DNA of 64,000 nucleotides from Malacoraja senta (lineage: Eukaryota): the NCBI GenBank assembly GCA_038087875.1, contig CM075977.1:241366001-241430000 (forward strand), given 5' to 3'. The notes beneath the pieces were generated by a model that worked only from the letters and a program-made list of their open reading frames with translations, searched no databases and was not told the DNA's origin. Numbering within the stretch: the first letter of the stretch is position 1; each line of letters begins with the position of its first letter. The translations under genes and the position numbers were made by a program. Below, piece after piece: positions 1-11,540 of the stretch.

Positions 1-2476
1 TATTCGTATCTTTCTGTAAATCTTATAAGCATTGCAGCCTGATATAGGGACATCTGCAATAGTGTAAATTTGACTCATTTTTGAAGGCAGGTGAAAATTG
101 ATCACATTATACTCATGTAGGTGCCTTTAATATGCTTAATGGCTACGAGTTGGGGATGCAAATTTGCCTGTGCTTGTACTCCAAGTAGGTACATACTCGG
201 CCCAAACTGTAGTTGATTAAAATGTCTTCAAGCACAAAGTGAGCTTGGGGCAGTTTGTTTAACTGTCAGATGGTTGACCATGTAATACATTGTCTGTACT
301 CCCCATCCAGTTGCTGGGTGATCACATTCATTGGAAAGTCAGGAGTCACCACCATGTGCCCCAGCCAATGCTTCCCACGGGAGACACTAGATCTGCAGAT
401 GCTGGAATCCTGAGCAGAAAACTAAGTGGTGGAAGAACTCAATGATCCTGGCTGTATAACTTCATCAAAATGTGTGATGCATACATAGAGTTGAAGGAGG
501 TTGAGGCTGGTAAAATATCATCATTTAAAAGCTTACTTCAGGTATGTTTGATATGTGATGCACATTGAATGTGGTTAGCTGGGGTAAATGATCCTGAGTG
601 TGACCAACTTCTGCTACAGTTACTTAATGCCATCAGTCAGGAGCTGCAACTGTGCACACTTCCCAGAGGCATAGTCTGCAGGGTTACTTTAAGTTTCCCT
701 GACCTCCCACATCCTACAGGAGGAGCACACCACTGCCCAAATCACTGTCCTGACTACACTTTTTGATGAGTAAATCTAAAAGACCTTACCTGTTATTACC
801 TACACCTCTGGTCCTCCTACTTGCAAAAGCCTCACAAGCCTCAACACTTAATCCTCAAACAGCACTTGGATCTTGCACACATCCACCATCAAAATGGCTG
901 CACCATAACGGCAGCAATGCTAAAGCCTGACTCCCTCTCAATTTGAAATTATCAAGCCCTTACCATAGCAGCTGCTATTTAAACCTCTCTTGCTCCGCCT
1001 CTTCTCAGCTCTGCAGTCTTTTGGGAAACTATCACCATAACTGAAGATGCGATAGCTCTTATCCATCAAATCTAGATGGAACACCATTTTTGACGGTAAA
1101 TTCTGATTTACATGTTAATTGGTCTTTCATCTTAAACAGGAAATAACTGCAGAGGAAACCGAAGATCTGAAACCTTTGAAGATGCCAGCTGCTGCAGCCT
1201 TTTTCAGATGTCCAAATTGTAATCTACTCCCTAATGTGGCAGCAGCAAATTAAATCTTGGACCAAGGTTGCCTGTTTAACTTGGAACAATTCCATAAGAT
1301 CTCGTAGTGCTTCAATTTGTGAGGATTGTGGATTCATTACAAATCTAGACTCAATGCTGAACACAAAGTGAATATTTTTGTAAAATCCTAAAATATAACA
1401 ACTACACTGTATTTTGTACATTGCTTGCAAAGTCTATTTTTGGCCCCGAGGATAAAAATTAATAACACTGGGACCCTAGTGGTCCAAGACAAAATGTTTT
1501 TGGTTTAATTGTAGTGCTTTAATTCTTTGCATTGCACACACAGAATGGTCAATAACAAGCTCTGGGATTGTCAAATCAATAGCGTAAACTGATACACATG
1601 CACCCCATGGAATTTCAAATTTATTTCATAACCTTCATTTCATTTCTAATCAATAATTTTAATAATTTTCAAGATAATATGGAATTATTAGAATCCTATT
1701 TGCATTTTCCTCATTGGCAATTTCTCCTAACACGAGTTTTGTACCAAGAGTGACTGCCAAAGATCTTTAATACCAGATGAGGTTTGCCTCAGGTTAATCA
1801 ACTGATTTTGAGAAATATTAATGAGTAGATATTTATGTTTTAGCAAAATGTTTGTGAAATGAATTAACTATGCAGCATGATTCCTGTGTAATGGTCATTG
1901 ACATGAGGATCATCTTTAAATGAAATAATATCTGGTAATTTACTGTAAGTTCTACATGTGTATGGGAAACATTAGTGTTGAACTTTAACCCATTGTGGTG
2001 ATGCATCTGTGCCACTGAGAAACAAATTGCAATGCCTTTATATCCACAATGTGTATAAATAAATATGAACAGAAACTCTTTATAGTCCGAGTCAAAGCGT
2101 TTATGAATTAACAGCCATTCAATTCTCCAGGAGAAAGGGTTAAATATTGAAGAGCTGATGCATTAGCTTAGTTGCAAATTTAATAAATAGAAATCTGAAC
2201 ATGTGTAAAGCTGAATGGATCGTCAACACCATCTGAAATGTAAGATCAAGATTAGCACCTGGAATTCTCTCATTAGCAAAAGCTATTTTTATCGGAGGAC
2301 TAGACTTAGTGAGACCCGTTGGGTCCCAGGTTCACACGGGAGGGCTGGTCCCCTAACGCAATATTCCACCTCTCAACCAATTCCAATATTAGTGGCCAGT
2401 GGGGGGGGGGGGTCTGGAGCGCTAGCATGGGTGTTGTTGGTCAAATAAAGTCAAGCACAGTGAGTGCAGGGCCAAC

Positions 2477-2648
2477 AAGTCAAGTCAAGACAAGTCAAGT
2501 CAAGTCAAGTCAAGTCAATCCATTTCAAGTCAAGTCAAGTCAAGACAAGTCAATCCATTTCAAGTCATGTCAAGTCAAGTCAATCCATTTCAAGTCAAGT
2601 CGAGTCAAGTCAATCCATTTCAAGTCAAGTCAATCCATTTCAAGTCAA
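2477..2648. repeat. (CAAGT)n / CAAGTCAATCCATTT microsatellite inside Helitron
   Basis: Direct reading; explains the low-complexity KSSQV ORFs. Confidence 0.95.
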
Positions 2649-2649
2649 G

Positions 2650-3400
2650 CACTGGGCAGGCAAGGCCAGCCAACAATACAATCCATTTCCTTTCAGTTCA
2701 GGTAAGGTCAAGCAAAGCAAATGCAAAGCAAAAGTAAAAGCACAGAGCAGGTGGGGCCAGCCAACAATATACAATCCATTTGCTTTCATCTCAGGTGAGG
2801 TCAAGCAAAGCAAAGGCAAAGCAAAAGCAAAAGCACAGGGTAGGCGGGGCCAGCCAACAATATATAATCCATTTGCTTTCATTGCAGGTGAGGTCAAGCA
2901 AAGCAAAGGCAAAGCAAAGGCAAAGCAAATGCAAAAGCACAGGGCAGCCATGGCCAGCCAGCCAACAATACAATTCATTTGATTTCATTTCAGGTCATGC
3001 AAAGCAAAGACAAAGCAAAAGCAAAAGCACAGGGCAGTTGGGGTCAGCCAACAATATACAATCCATTTGCTTTCATTTCAGGTCAAGCAAAGCAATGGCA
3101 AAGCAAAAGCAAAAGCACAGGGCAGGCGAGGCCAGCCAGCCAACAATACAATCCATTTTCTTTCATTTCAGTTCAAGGAATGCAAAGGCTAAGCAAAACC
3201 AAATGCACAGGTCAGGCGGGACCAGTCAGCCAACAATATACAATCCATTTGCTTTCATTTCAGGTCAAGCAAAGCAAAGGCAAAGCAAAAGCACAGGGCA
3301 GGCCAAACAACACATTGCATTTTCATTTCATTTCCATTTCCATTTCAGTTTCAAGCACAGGGCAGGCCAAACAACTTATTGCATTTTCATGTAGGGCTAA
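2650..3400. repeat. ~70-100 bp GCAAA-rich minisatellite inside Helitron
   Basis: Repeated unit GCACAGGGCAGGCGGGGCCAGCCAACAATATACAATCCATTTGCTTTCATTTCAGGT(GAGGT)CAAGCAAAGCAAAGGCAAAGCAAAA. Confidence 0.9.
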
Positions 3401-3404
3401 TAAA

Positions 3405-3595
3405 TCATTTATTGTAAGCACATTAAGGGTTAACAAATCATCATTCATTGCAAGCACATTGCTGGCTAACAAATCATTTCTTGCAAGCACATTAAGGGTT
3501 AACAAATCATCATTCATTGCAAGCACATTGCTGGCTAACAAGTCATTTATTGCAAGTGCTTTATGGGTTAACAAATCATCATTTATTGCAAATAC
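3405..3595. repeat. 69-bp higher-order repeat (36+33 bp subunits), ~2.5 units
   Basis: ATTGCAAGCACATTAAGGGTTAACAAATCATCATTC alternates with ATTGCAAGCACATTGCTGGCTAACAAATCATTT. Confidence 0.9.
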
Positions 3596-3746
3596 AATTT
3601 AGACTCCCAGTTCAGTAGACTCACAGCTCAGAATCACATTTGTGACCTCTCACTCACAATCTTCTAGAATGACTGACTCATGGTCAGGCATCCGGGATTT
3701 TATACTCCTGCCCCCCCAGAAGGGGCGTTACCTTCATCATGGTGAT

Positions 3747-5096
3747 TGTAAGGGTTTTCTGCGTCAAGCTTTCGCCCGACCTAAGGTCCCTGTGGTTTGC
3801 TCTGGTCCCTCGACCAGGCCGCGCACACTGGTTCCCCATGAGTGGCTCGACCCACTCACCGCCTACAGTTCTAGACACTGGACTTAATTGCAGGAGTGTT
3901 GATAGTGCAGAAAATTCAACCAGACCAGATTTGAAGACCAGGGTTTAAACAGGAAAAAAACTTTTATTTAGCGGTTGGGACTACGGTACATGAATACTTT
4001 GACACAGTTCTATAAGGCATATGCATAATTACAGTTCCTGTTTCGGGATCATAGACGCAATAACTACGATACAATACTCGAGTGCGGTATGGGGAAGGTA
4101 CGGCACATCGTAAAATTTTCCAGCACATCTTACACTTACACCCACGTTAATATAACCCTGTCCCCCTCCCCTCTACACTAAACTATGTCCAGGATGTGCA
4201 GGATTGGAGTACATGCTCACCATGGGGCGATTACTGAGGTTACTGGCTGGTTGTGCTGCTTCCTCTGATTAGGTGGCTGTGGAAGGGTCGTCGGCGGTCG
4301 TCTCAGTCTTTTGGGTGGTCCTGGGGGTTCACCTCGCCCAGGGGTCCTACCGCTTTCCTTTTCTTTCCACGTGGCGGGGACTCCAGCCGGAGTGTGTGTC
4401 ACACTAGACACCGTGTACTTTTTAAGCGCTGTCCTGTGTCCTCTCTCTCTCTCCGCAAATCTCCAGATTCGTTCAGTCACTCCTTCTGTGTCTCCCTCCT
4501 TTTTCCTTCTTAAACCCCAAAAATCGTGGCCAGTTATTCTAATCCTGACCCGTCCTATCTCCCGCCAGATCTCGGGATCTCTTTGCTTAAAAGATGGGTT
4601 TTGAGCTCTCTCTTTGTTCTGCGTTATGTCCGGGAGTACCGGTGATGGCTAGACGGTCTGTTAATTTGTTTCTCGATAAGAGGTGATGGGTTTAACTGGT
4701 TTTCCCATCATCGGCCAGGTAGGTTTCTATGGGCTATTGTGCTGCCTTAACAAGATTAACTATGTAGGTCGGCTTGGGGCATTGTGATGCCTGCTGATGT
4801 CAGCACCCCAGTGTCTGGACTTCGACCTGGTTTCGGGGGTTTCTGCATGGCCAATATCCATCTATTGTTCAGGCCGTGACTTGGCAGAAACCCAGAGACT
4901 GGGCTGTGGGGTTTCGCTTTTGTGACTGGTCACGAGGTCCCACGGCCATCTTGGGACCCACTGATTGTGACATCCCTTGTTAAAACTGACCGCAGCTTTT
5001 CTCTCTCTCAGTCCCAGTCCCGTATAAAAAATGTACAAAATGCAGCTCTTTGGTTTTGTTGATTGTAGCATGAGGGAAAACTTCTCAAATCTTACA
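3747..5096 (-). mobile_element. Solo LTR (1350 bp), ERV or Gypsy class
   Basis: Termini TGTAAG...CTTACA; 4-bp TSD TGAT (3743-3746, 5097-5100); AATAAA on minus strand near 3963-3968; absent from the paralogous Helitron site at ~36058-36061. Confidence 0.85.
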
Positions 5097-5599
5097 TGAT
5101 TGACAGGCGAGAGGACCAATCAGCTGATCTCAAGATTTTTTAAACATTCATAAATTTTCTATTTTTCAGCAATCGGAAAAATCCTTGGGGCTGCTGCAGC
5201 GGAGGAGGACTGTGAGTAAGGTGGCAAAGAATCATAACGATATATAGTAGCGTTTTTCCCAAAATCAATTAACAGCATAGACAGGAAGTGGTCAAGATGA
5301 GACTTTTAGTTATATAGATATATGCTGTGTATGGAATAGTGGTTCAGATTTTATTCTCATGGTCCGTAATACTTGACGCCCCAAGACTTTCATTGGGATT
5401 TTTCACTGGAACACATTGTAAAATGAAGGGTGAAAATGTTAAAGCATCCTCTTTGGGGATCGGGAGCTGTGTGAACTGGGCAAGCAAATGGATGGCTTCT
5501 TAACAAATCAGAATATAGAATCCTTCATGAGTAACATCTCCTCTGAACCAGTTAGTTTGTGCTGCTTCAATAACTCATCAGAGTCTATGTGACCTGCTG

Positions 5600-5990
5600 T
5601 AAGTGACACATGTGCTGACACTCCATCAAGCTTCTCCATCATTTACAGAGCACGTCAGGACTGTAACGGAATATTCTCTGGGTACCTTCTTTGCAGCAGG
5701 CACCATCTACAAAATATACTGCGATTATTTATCCGGGCCACTGTGATAGCACATCCCAAGTACAGCAGGGGCATGAGAATGCCACCACTTGCAGGATCCA
5801 TTCCAAAGCAAAAAACATACTGACTTGGGAACATATTGCCGCATGTGAATTCTGTAACTCTTTCACCATCAATATTGTTGGAGTACCTTCACCAGAAGGA
5901 CTCCATTGATTCAAGAATTCACTCAGGTCCAGCATCTCAAGGGAAATTAGTGATGGACAAGATGCCAGCCTTGCTTTGAAACCCAGAAAA
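5600..5990 (+). mobile_element. Old LINE 3' remnant (RTEX-like; a similar remnant lies on the minus strand at ~20090-20570)
   Basis: Degraded similarity to a shark LINE 3' region recalled from memory (ACCATCTACAA...CTGC...TACAGCAGGGGCATGAGAATGCCACCAC); clade uncertain. Confidence 0.4.
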
Positions 5991-7244
5991 TGAATAAATG
6001 TAAAAAATACCATTCAATTTAATGGCAAGTGCAGTAATCAAAACAAAGAGAGTGAAAGAAAAAGAGAGATGTGAAAGAGGCAGAAACAATAAAAGTGATA
6101 GACTTAATTAATTTTATTCATGTTCTAATTAAAATCTGAAGGAATGAAAGCACACATGTGTAGAAGATCATTTTTGTGACATTGTTTGGCAATAATTAAA
6201 ATCTATCACACTATTAGAAACGATCACCCTGGAATCATAGATTTCAACCATTCCTGTGATGTTTACTGGATATCTATGACAGCAATTTCAAGGGCAATTT
6301 CACACCATTCTAAGTATTTCAATGGACAATCTCTTAGTGAGATCCCATTATGTTGCATCTTCAACAGGAACAAGGCATCTCAGAGGACAGTTATGGATTT
6401 CTGGAATTACCTGTCCATGCATTCTTTTTAATTAAAGTTAATGAAAAATGTAAATAGGGCAGGCTGTATAATGAGGCACATTGTAAAGAACAATACTGCT
6501 ATCTTTAAACTAGAAATCAATACCAGCTCCCCAATTGTTTTTAAACTTGAGAGTCTTTGTTTAGTATTTTTAACCTATCCACCCAATCCAGGGACATCAA
6601 TAATTATGGGAATCAGGGAAGAAAATTGGACAGAGGCCAGAATCAGATTCTCAATGATATTTAAAAAATGACAGAACAGGCTTAAGAGACCATATGATCT
6701 ATTCCTGTCTCTATTTCATATGGTTCATGCCAGAGATGTGCCACCTGTTATTCCACTTCAACAGTTTAAACCTGCATATTTAGATTTCAAAGGAAGAGTT
6801 TGGCATGGGATTCATAGAGTCATGATTAATACAGCTTAGAAAAAGACCAATCAGCCCAACTCATCCATGCTAACCAAGATTCCCATCCTAGTCCCATATC
6901 ATTAGGCCCATTTGCCTCTAAACCTTTTCTATCCATGTGCTTATTCAAATGTCCATTTAATGTTGTTAAATTCCTGTTTCTCTTGCAGCTTGTTTCATAT
7001 ACACACCACCCGCTGTATGAAAAAGACACCCTCAGGGCTTTCCTCTCTTATTTTAAACCTTATTCCTCCAAGAGACAACATCTCATCCATGGCTCTCTGA
7101 TCAGAGATCTGTCATTCTTTTTGTGGTAAAACGGAAAGCAAATTATAAATCTGCACTCTCATAAGAAATGCGATTTTGTCCAATGATTACACTTTTATAG
7201 GCAGTATTGAAATGAAGCAGCCAGGCCCCTAACAATCCTTTAAA

Positions 7245-7530
7245 AGTAGAAACAAGGAACTGCAGATGCTGGTTAATAGGCAAAAGGACACAAAGTGCCA
7301 GAGTAACTCAGCAGGTCAAGCAGCATCTCTGGAGAATATGGATATATTACATTTCGGACAGGGACCTTTCTTCAGAATGATCCTTTCAAATATATTAACA
7401 ATTATAGACACAAAATGCTGGAGTAACTCAACGAGTCAGGCAGCATCTCTGGAGAAAAGGGATTGGTGACATTTCAGGTTGAGACCCTTCTTCAGATTTA
7501 GATGATGTTTTGGGTTGGGACCCTTCCTCA
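7245..7530. mobile_element. Penelope-derived terminal-repeat fragments in partial tandem
   Basis: GGAACTGCAGATGCTGG and two copies of GACACAAA..GCTGGAGTAACTCA..GCAGCATCTCTGGAG with degenerate GACCCTTCTTCAG (antisense hammerhead core). Confidence 0.7.
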
Positions 7531-8089
7531 AAAATAACTATGTTAGGGATTGCATTATATGTAGTGAAAATGATCAGATCATGGATGTGCAGGAGAAAAA
7601 TGTAAAGTTATCACAATGGGAAAACATCATTTCATTTTATGGAGTTGGTAAACACAATTGAACTGAGGGAAACTAGTGGATTTACTTTTATGAGATAGAA
7701 TTTTAGATCTAAAACTCTAATAGCAGTTTCCAAATCTTTTTCTGATCTTATGTAAGTCAATGTTACACTTAAAACTAGATTCTTACATGAGAAATTAGGT
7801 TTATCAGTAAATATTTATAAAGCTTATCAAACACTTGAACATGTACTGGAAATGATAAAATAATTCTATAAAGATATAATCACAATTTGATAGTTACATC
7901 ATTGGATGTCCTCACTGAGATCCACCAGAAACTGATTATAAACTACAGGTAGTGGCTTAGAGCTAAGAAATTAGTCACGACATGTCATTATGGCATTACA
8001 AAAAGCGTATTTATTGCAACTTATGAATTTGTAGCACACTTTACGTTGAAAAATGTGCACAAAATGTAATTGTCAGCCTTCATTCTAAC

Positions 8090-9530
8090 ATTTACATAAA
8101 CAATTTGGAAGACAATGTAGTTAATATTGTTAGCAAATTTGCAGATGGCATTAACATAAGTGGTATAGGAGACAATGAAGAAGAATATCTAAGTTTGCAA
8201 CAAGATCTAAATCAGTTGGGAAGGTGGGCCAAGGAATGATAAATGGAATTCAACTCTGAAAAGTGTGATGTGTTCCAATTCTGTAAGTCAAACCAGGATA
8301 GAACAGAGTGATCTGGGAGTACAGGTGTATGATTCCTCAAAATATGGGAGTCTGGCGGACAAGGCAGTAAAAAAGGTGCTTGGCACTTTTCATTAGGAAA
8401 AGTATTCAGTACAAAAGTTGGCACGTCATGATGCAGATGTACAATTCGTTTGTGTGACCACATTTGGAGTACCATCAGCACTTCTAGTCAAGACACAATT
8501 TTTTGGCGCACACACACGCGCGAGGCTTCGGAGGCTCAATCCAGCGCTAAATGCAGCTCAACTCTGCGTGTCTCACCGGGTTAACGCCTGGACTGACGGG
8601 ACACTAGCGCTGCTTCTCCGCGCTGGCCATATTTTCCGCAAGCCCAGGCAGGTTCTCCTGGCGGCACAGGCTGAGTTGAGCTGGGTTTAGTGCTGTTTCT
8701 CTGCGCTGGCTGTGGGCCTGGGGGCATAGCTCGCGTCTGACTCCCGACCTCTCTGGCCACCCATGGGGGGGGCACTCGGGACAGCCGGCCGGGATCGATC
8801 CTGCCTGCGGATGAGGCGCAGGTCTGTGCCACGTCTCCCTCCTCCAATCGCCGCACTCTATCCTCAGTCCCACCCCCCCCACTCCTCCCTCCTCCAATCA
8901 TCGCGCCCTCGATCATCAGTCCCACCCCCACTGTCTCGCGGAAAGCAGAGATTTTGAAATACGGATCACAAAAACTTGGGGGGATGTCCCCCACCACTCA
9001 AAACATGGGGGGACGTGTCCCCCCTGGCCCCCCCTGGGGTTTCTGTCCCTGCTTCTAGTCACCCAACTATAGGCAGTATGTCATTAAGTTGGGAAGGATG
9101 CAGAAGAGATTCACCAGGATGTTACCTGGACTTGTGGACGAGCTATAGAAAGAGGTAGGATAGGTTGGGACTTTTTCCTTTGAAGCTTAGGAGGTAATCT
9201 TACTGAGGTGTACAAGATCATGAGGGGCATGAGTAAGGTGAACACTCATAGCCTTTCTCCCAGCGAGGATGATAAAAAAATTAGACACTTGCAGTGAGAG
9301 GGAAGAGTTTCAAGAGGGACTTCAAGGGCAACTTTTTCACTCAGAGTGTAGCCCATATCTGGAATGAGCTAATAGAGAAAGCTATAGAAGCAGGTATAAT
9401 AATGATGTTCAAAAGACATTTAGACAGATACACAGATAGGAAAGGTTTAGAGGGCTTCAGATCAAATACAAGCAAATGGGACTGGCCAAATATGTCAATC
9501 CGGTCAGCATGGATATGATGTGACAAAGCT
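8090..9530 (+). mobile_element. Degraded CR1 LINE 3' fragment interrupted by a MITE
   Basis: KFADG- and RPHLEY-like remnants; FFTQSVAHIWNEL in ORF 9294-9518. Confidence 0.8.
8489..9051. mobile_element. GC-rich non-autonomous DNA transposon, hAT-like
   Basis: Perfect 8-bp TSD CTTCTAGT (8481-8488, 9052-9059) interrupting CR1; CA...TG ends; right end hAT-like, left TIR poorly matched. Confidence 0.65.
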
Positions 9531-10609
9531 CCTGTATCCAAGCTGTGCAGGTGCATGTCTCTACAACTATTTCTGCATCCTTTTTTACGATAGAGAAATA
9601 TTGTGTAAAGTACAATTATTGTTCCTGTCACTGAGGAATGCCAGAGCCCTGGAAATAGGATGTTCCCCTTCAATATGTTTAATGCACTGGTTCAGTGGAA
9701 ACCCTGTCAGGCTATTTTAATCTTGTCATTTAACTATATGACAGAGTTTTAATTATAGTGTTGACTGGTTCCAAGTCCTGATTTACTCTCTACATTCTAT
9801 GTACTTATTATAATGATGAAGAAAGAACTTTAATTTATAAAATACTTGCTACTGCTTCAGACAATTTATGTTAGTAAAGTATTCATGGTTGCAGTATAGG
9901 ACACAGTGGACAATTCATGCACAGAAACATCCAGCAAGCAAAAATCACGTAATGATCAAGTAATATCTTAATAATGCTACATTGGAGAATATACATGTGT
10001 CAGGGAACTGATGGGGAATAGGAGGGGTGAGTTTAGATTGGGGAATGGTTGATGCTGGAAGAAATGATGGGGGGGTAATTTCTTACTCTTAGCTCTGCTG
10101 TATATAGCCTGGGAACAATTGAGTAGTCAAATAAACAAGCCATGAAGTTATATCTTGAAGTAACATGTATTTAGGCTGTTAACGCACACATTGCAATACA
10201 ACAGTTGTAGATTACTGTGAATGAAAGTTACTTAAATAAGACTCTAAATTGTACTCTCACTTTCTATCCTTGCAGAATGATATTGGGTCTAGTGGTGCAA
10301 TAATACAATTGGAGAGTGCTAGGTGACTTTACAGAAACAATGATAAAGCAAGGTCAAATATATGTGTATACCTACAAATTATATGATTTGTGTCGCAAAC
10401 CTAACGACACTAACTGGAAGGAAAACAGTACCATCATTCAAAAATTCCCCTTTTTATTATTATTTTATTATTCTTGTCGTATTTTAAAAAAAAAAACAAT
10501 ATCCTCACTAAATGTTAACATTGATTCGCAATATGTACAACTATATGGAGGTTCCAGCTCCAGCTGAAATATTTACAATGGGTTTTCAGTATAACATAGC
10601 TTCTCAAAG

Positions 10610-11540
10610 GAGCATAGAATTGGACAGCACAGAAATAAGTTCTATCAGCCCACCTTGTTCATGCTGACCATTATGGTTATCTATGATAATTCAATTTGCC
10701 TGCATTGGATCTGTATCTTCTGTGCCTTTTCTATGCTAGTACCAGTCCAAATGCCTTTTACACATTGTAATTGTATCTGTCTCTACCACCTCCTCAAGCA
10801 CCTCATTCCTGATTTAAAAAAATGACCAAACCAACCCTTCAGATCTCCTTTAAATTTCTCATCTCTTAGTTTAAGCCTGTGTCCTCTAGTTTTAGACTCC
10901 CCTACCATGGGAACAAATACTCTGACTAATCAAACTCATCTTACCACCCACATTGTCATCCAAGTCAGTTTTTGTATCATACAAACAACAATTGTGCCAG
11001 CACCGATTCCTACTGTACACCAATTGTTGCAGGCTTCTAGTCAAGGAAACAAGAATCCACCATAACATTCTCCCTCTATCAGCACCAATTTTGGAAAGGG
11101 TTTGCCAATATAGAGGCACAGATTCATACAGCATGGAAATAAGCTCTTTGGCCCAACCTGTCCATTCTGCACAAGATGCCCATCTAAGCCAGTCCCATTT
11201 GCCTGCATTTGATCTATATCCCACTAAACCTTTCCGATCCATGTATCTGTTCAAGTGTATTTTAAATGCTGTTATAGTAACTTTCTCAACTACCTCCTCT
11301 GGCAGCTTGTTTCATATACTCACAACCCTCTGATTGAAAAATAAACGTGCCCCGCAGGTTTGTATTAAATCTTGCCCCTTGCATTTATACATATATCTTG
11401 TTTTTGATTTCCCTACCATGGGTAAAAGACTCTGTGCATTCACCCTATTGCCCTCGTGAGTTTACATACATCTATTAGATCATCCCTCAGCCTACTGCGC
11501 TCTAAGGAATAAAGTCTTAGCCTGCCCAACCTCTCCCCAT
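10610..11540 (-). mobile_element. Two CR1 3'-end fragments
   Basis: CR1 3' UTR and tail similarity (ORF 10892-11254, MDRKGLVGYRSNAGKWD). Confidence 0.7.

Larger units (their letters stand above)
2300..5318 (-). mobile_element. Non-autonomous Helitron, copy 1 (satellite-filled, contains a solo LTR)
   Basis: On the minus strand it starts TCTATATAAC (5318) and ends with hairpin GGGACCC-AAC-GGGTCTC then CTAG (2300-2303). Inserted between host A2299 and T5319 with no TSD. Colinear with the copy at 29462-36258. Confidence 0.88.

Noticed and set aside
1140-1253. Possible host exon after a good acceptor (similar weak candidates at ~10276, 18887, 21385-21640, 22110-22345, 23623)
   Set aside because: Short frames with stops, no recognisable protein and no consistent exon chain; would need RNA-seq or homology evidence.
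2650-3400. Repeat-spacer-like appearance (CRISPR-like)
   Set aside because: The units are wholly repeated with no unique spacers, there are no cas genes, and the context is eukaryotic.
2319-3602. Long repetitive ORFs (KSSQV, FIASTL repeats; also 29481-30704 and 35346-35900)
   Set aside because: By-products of stop-poor tandem repeats, open in several frames and on both strands, inside Helitrons.
5110-5295. CCAAT and ETS-like (CAGGAAGTG) motifs in both Helitron 5' regions as a promoter
   Set aside because: Short motifs shared simply by descent; no evidence of function from sequence alone.
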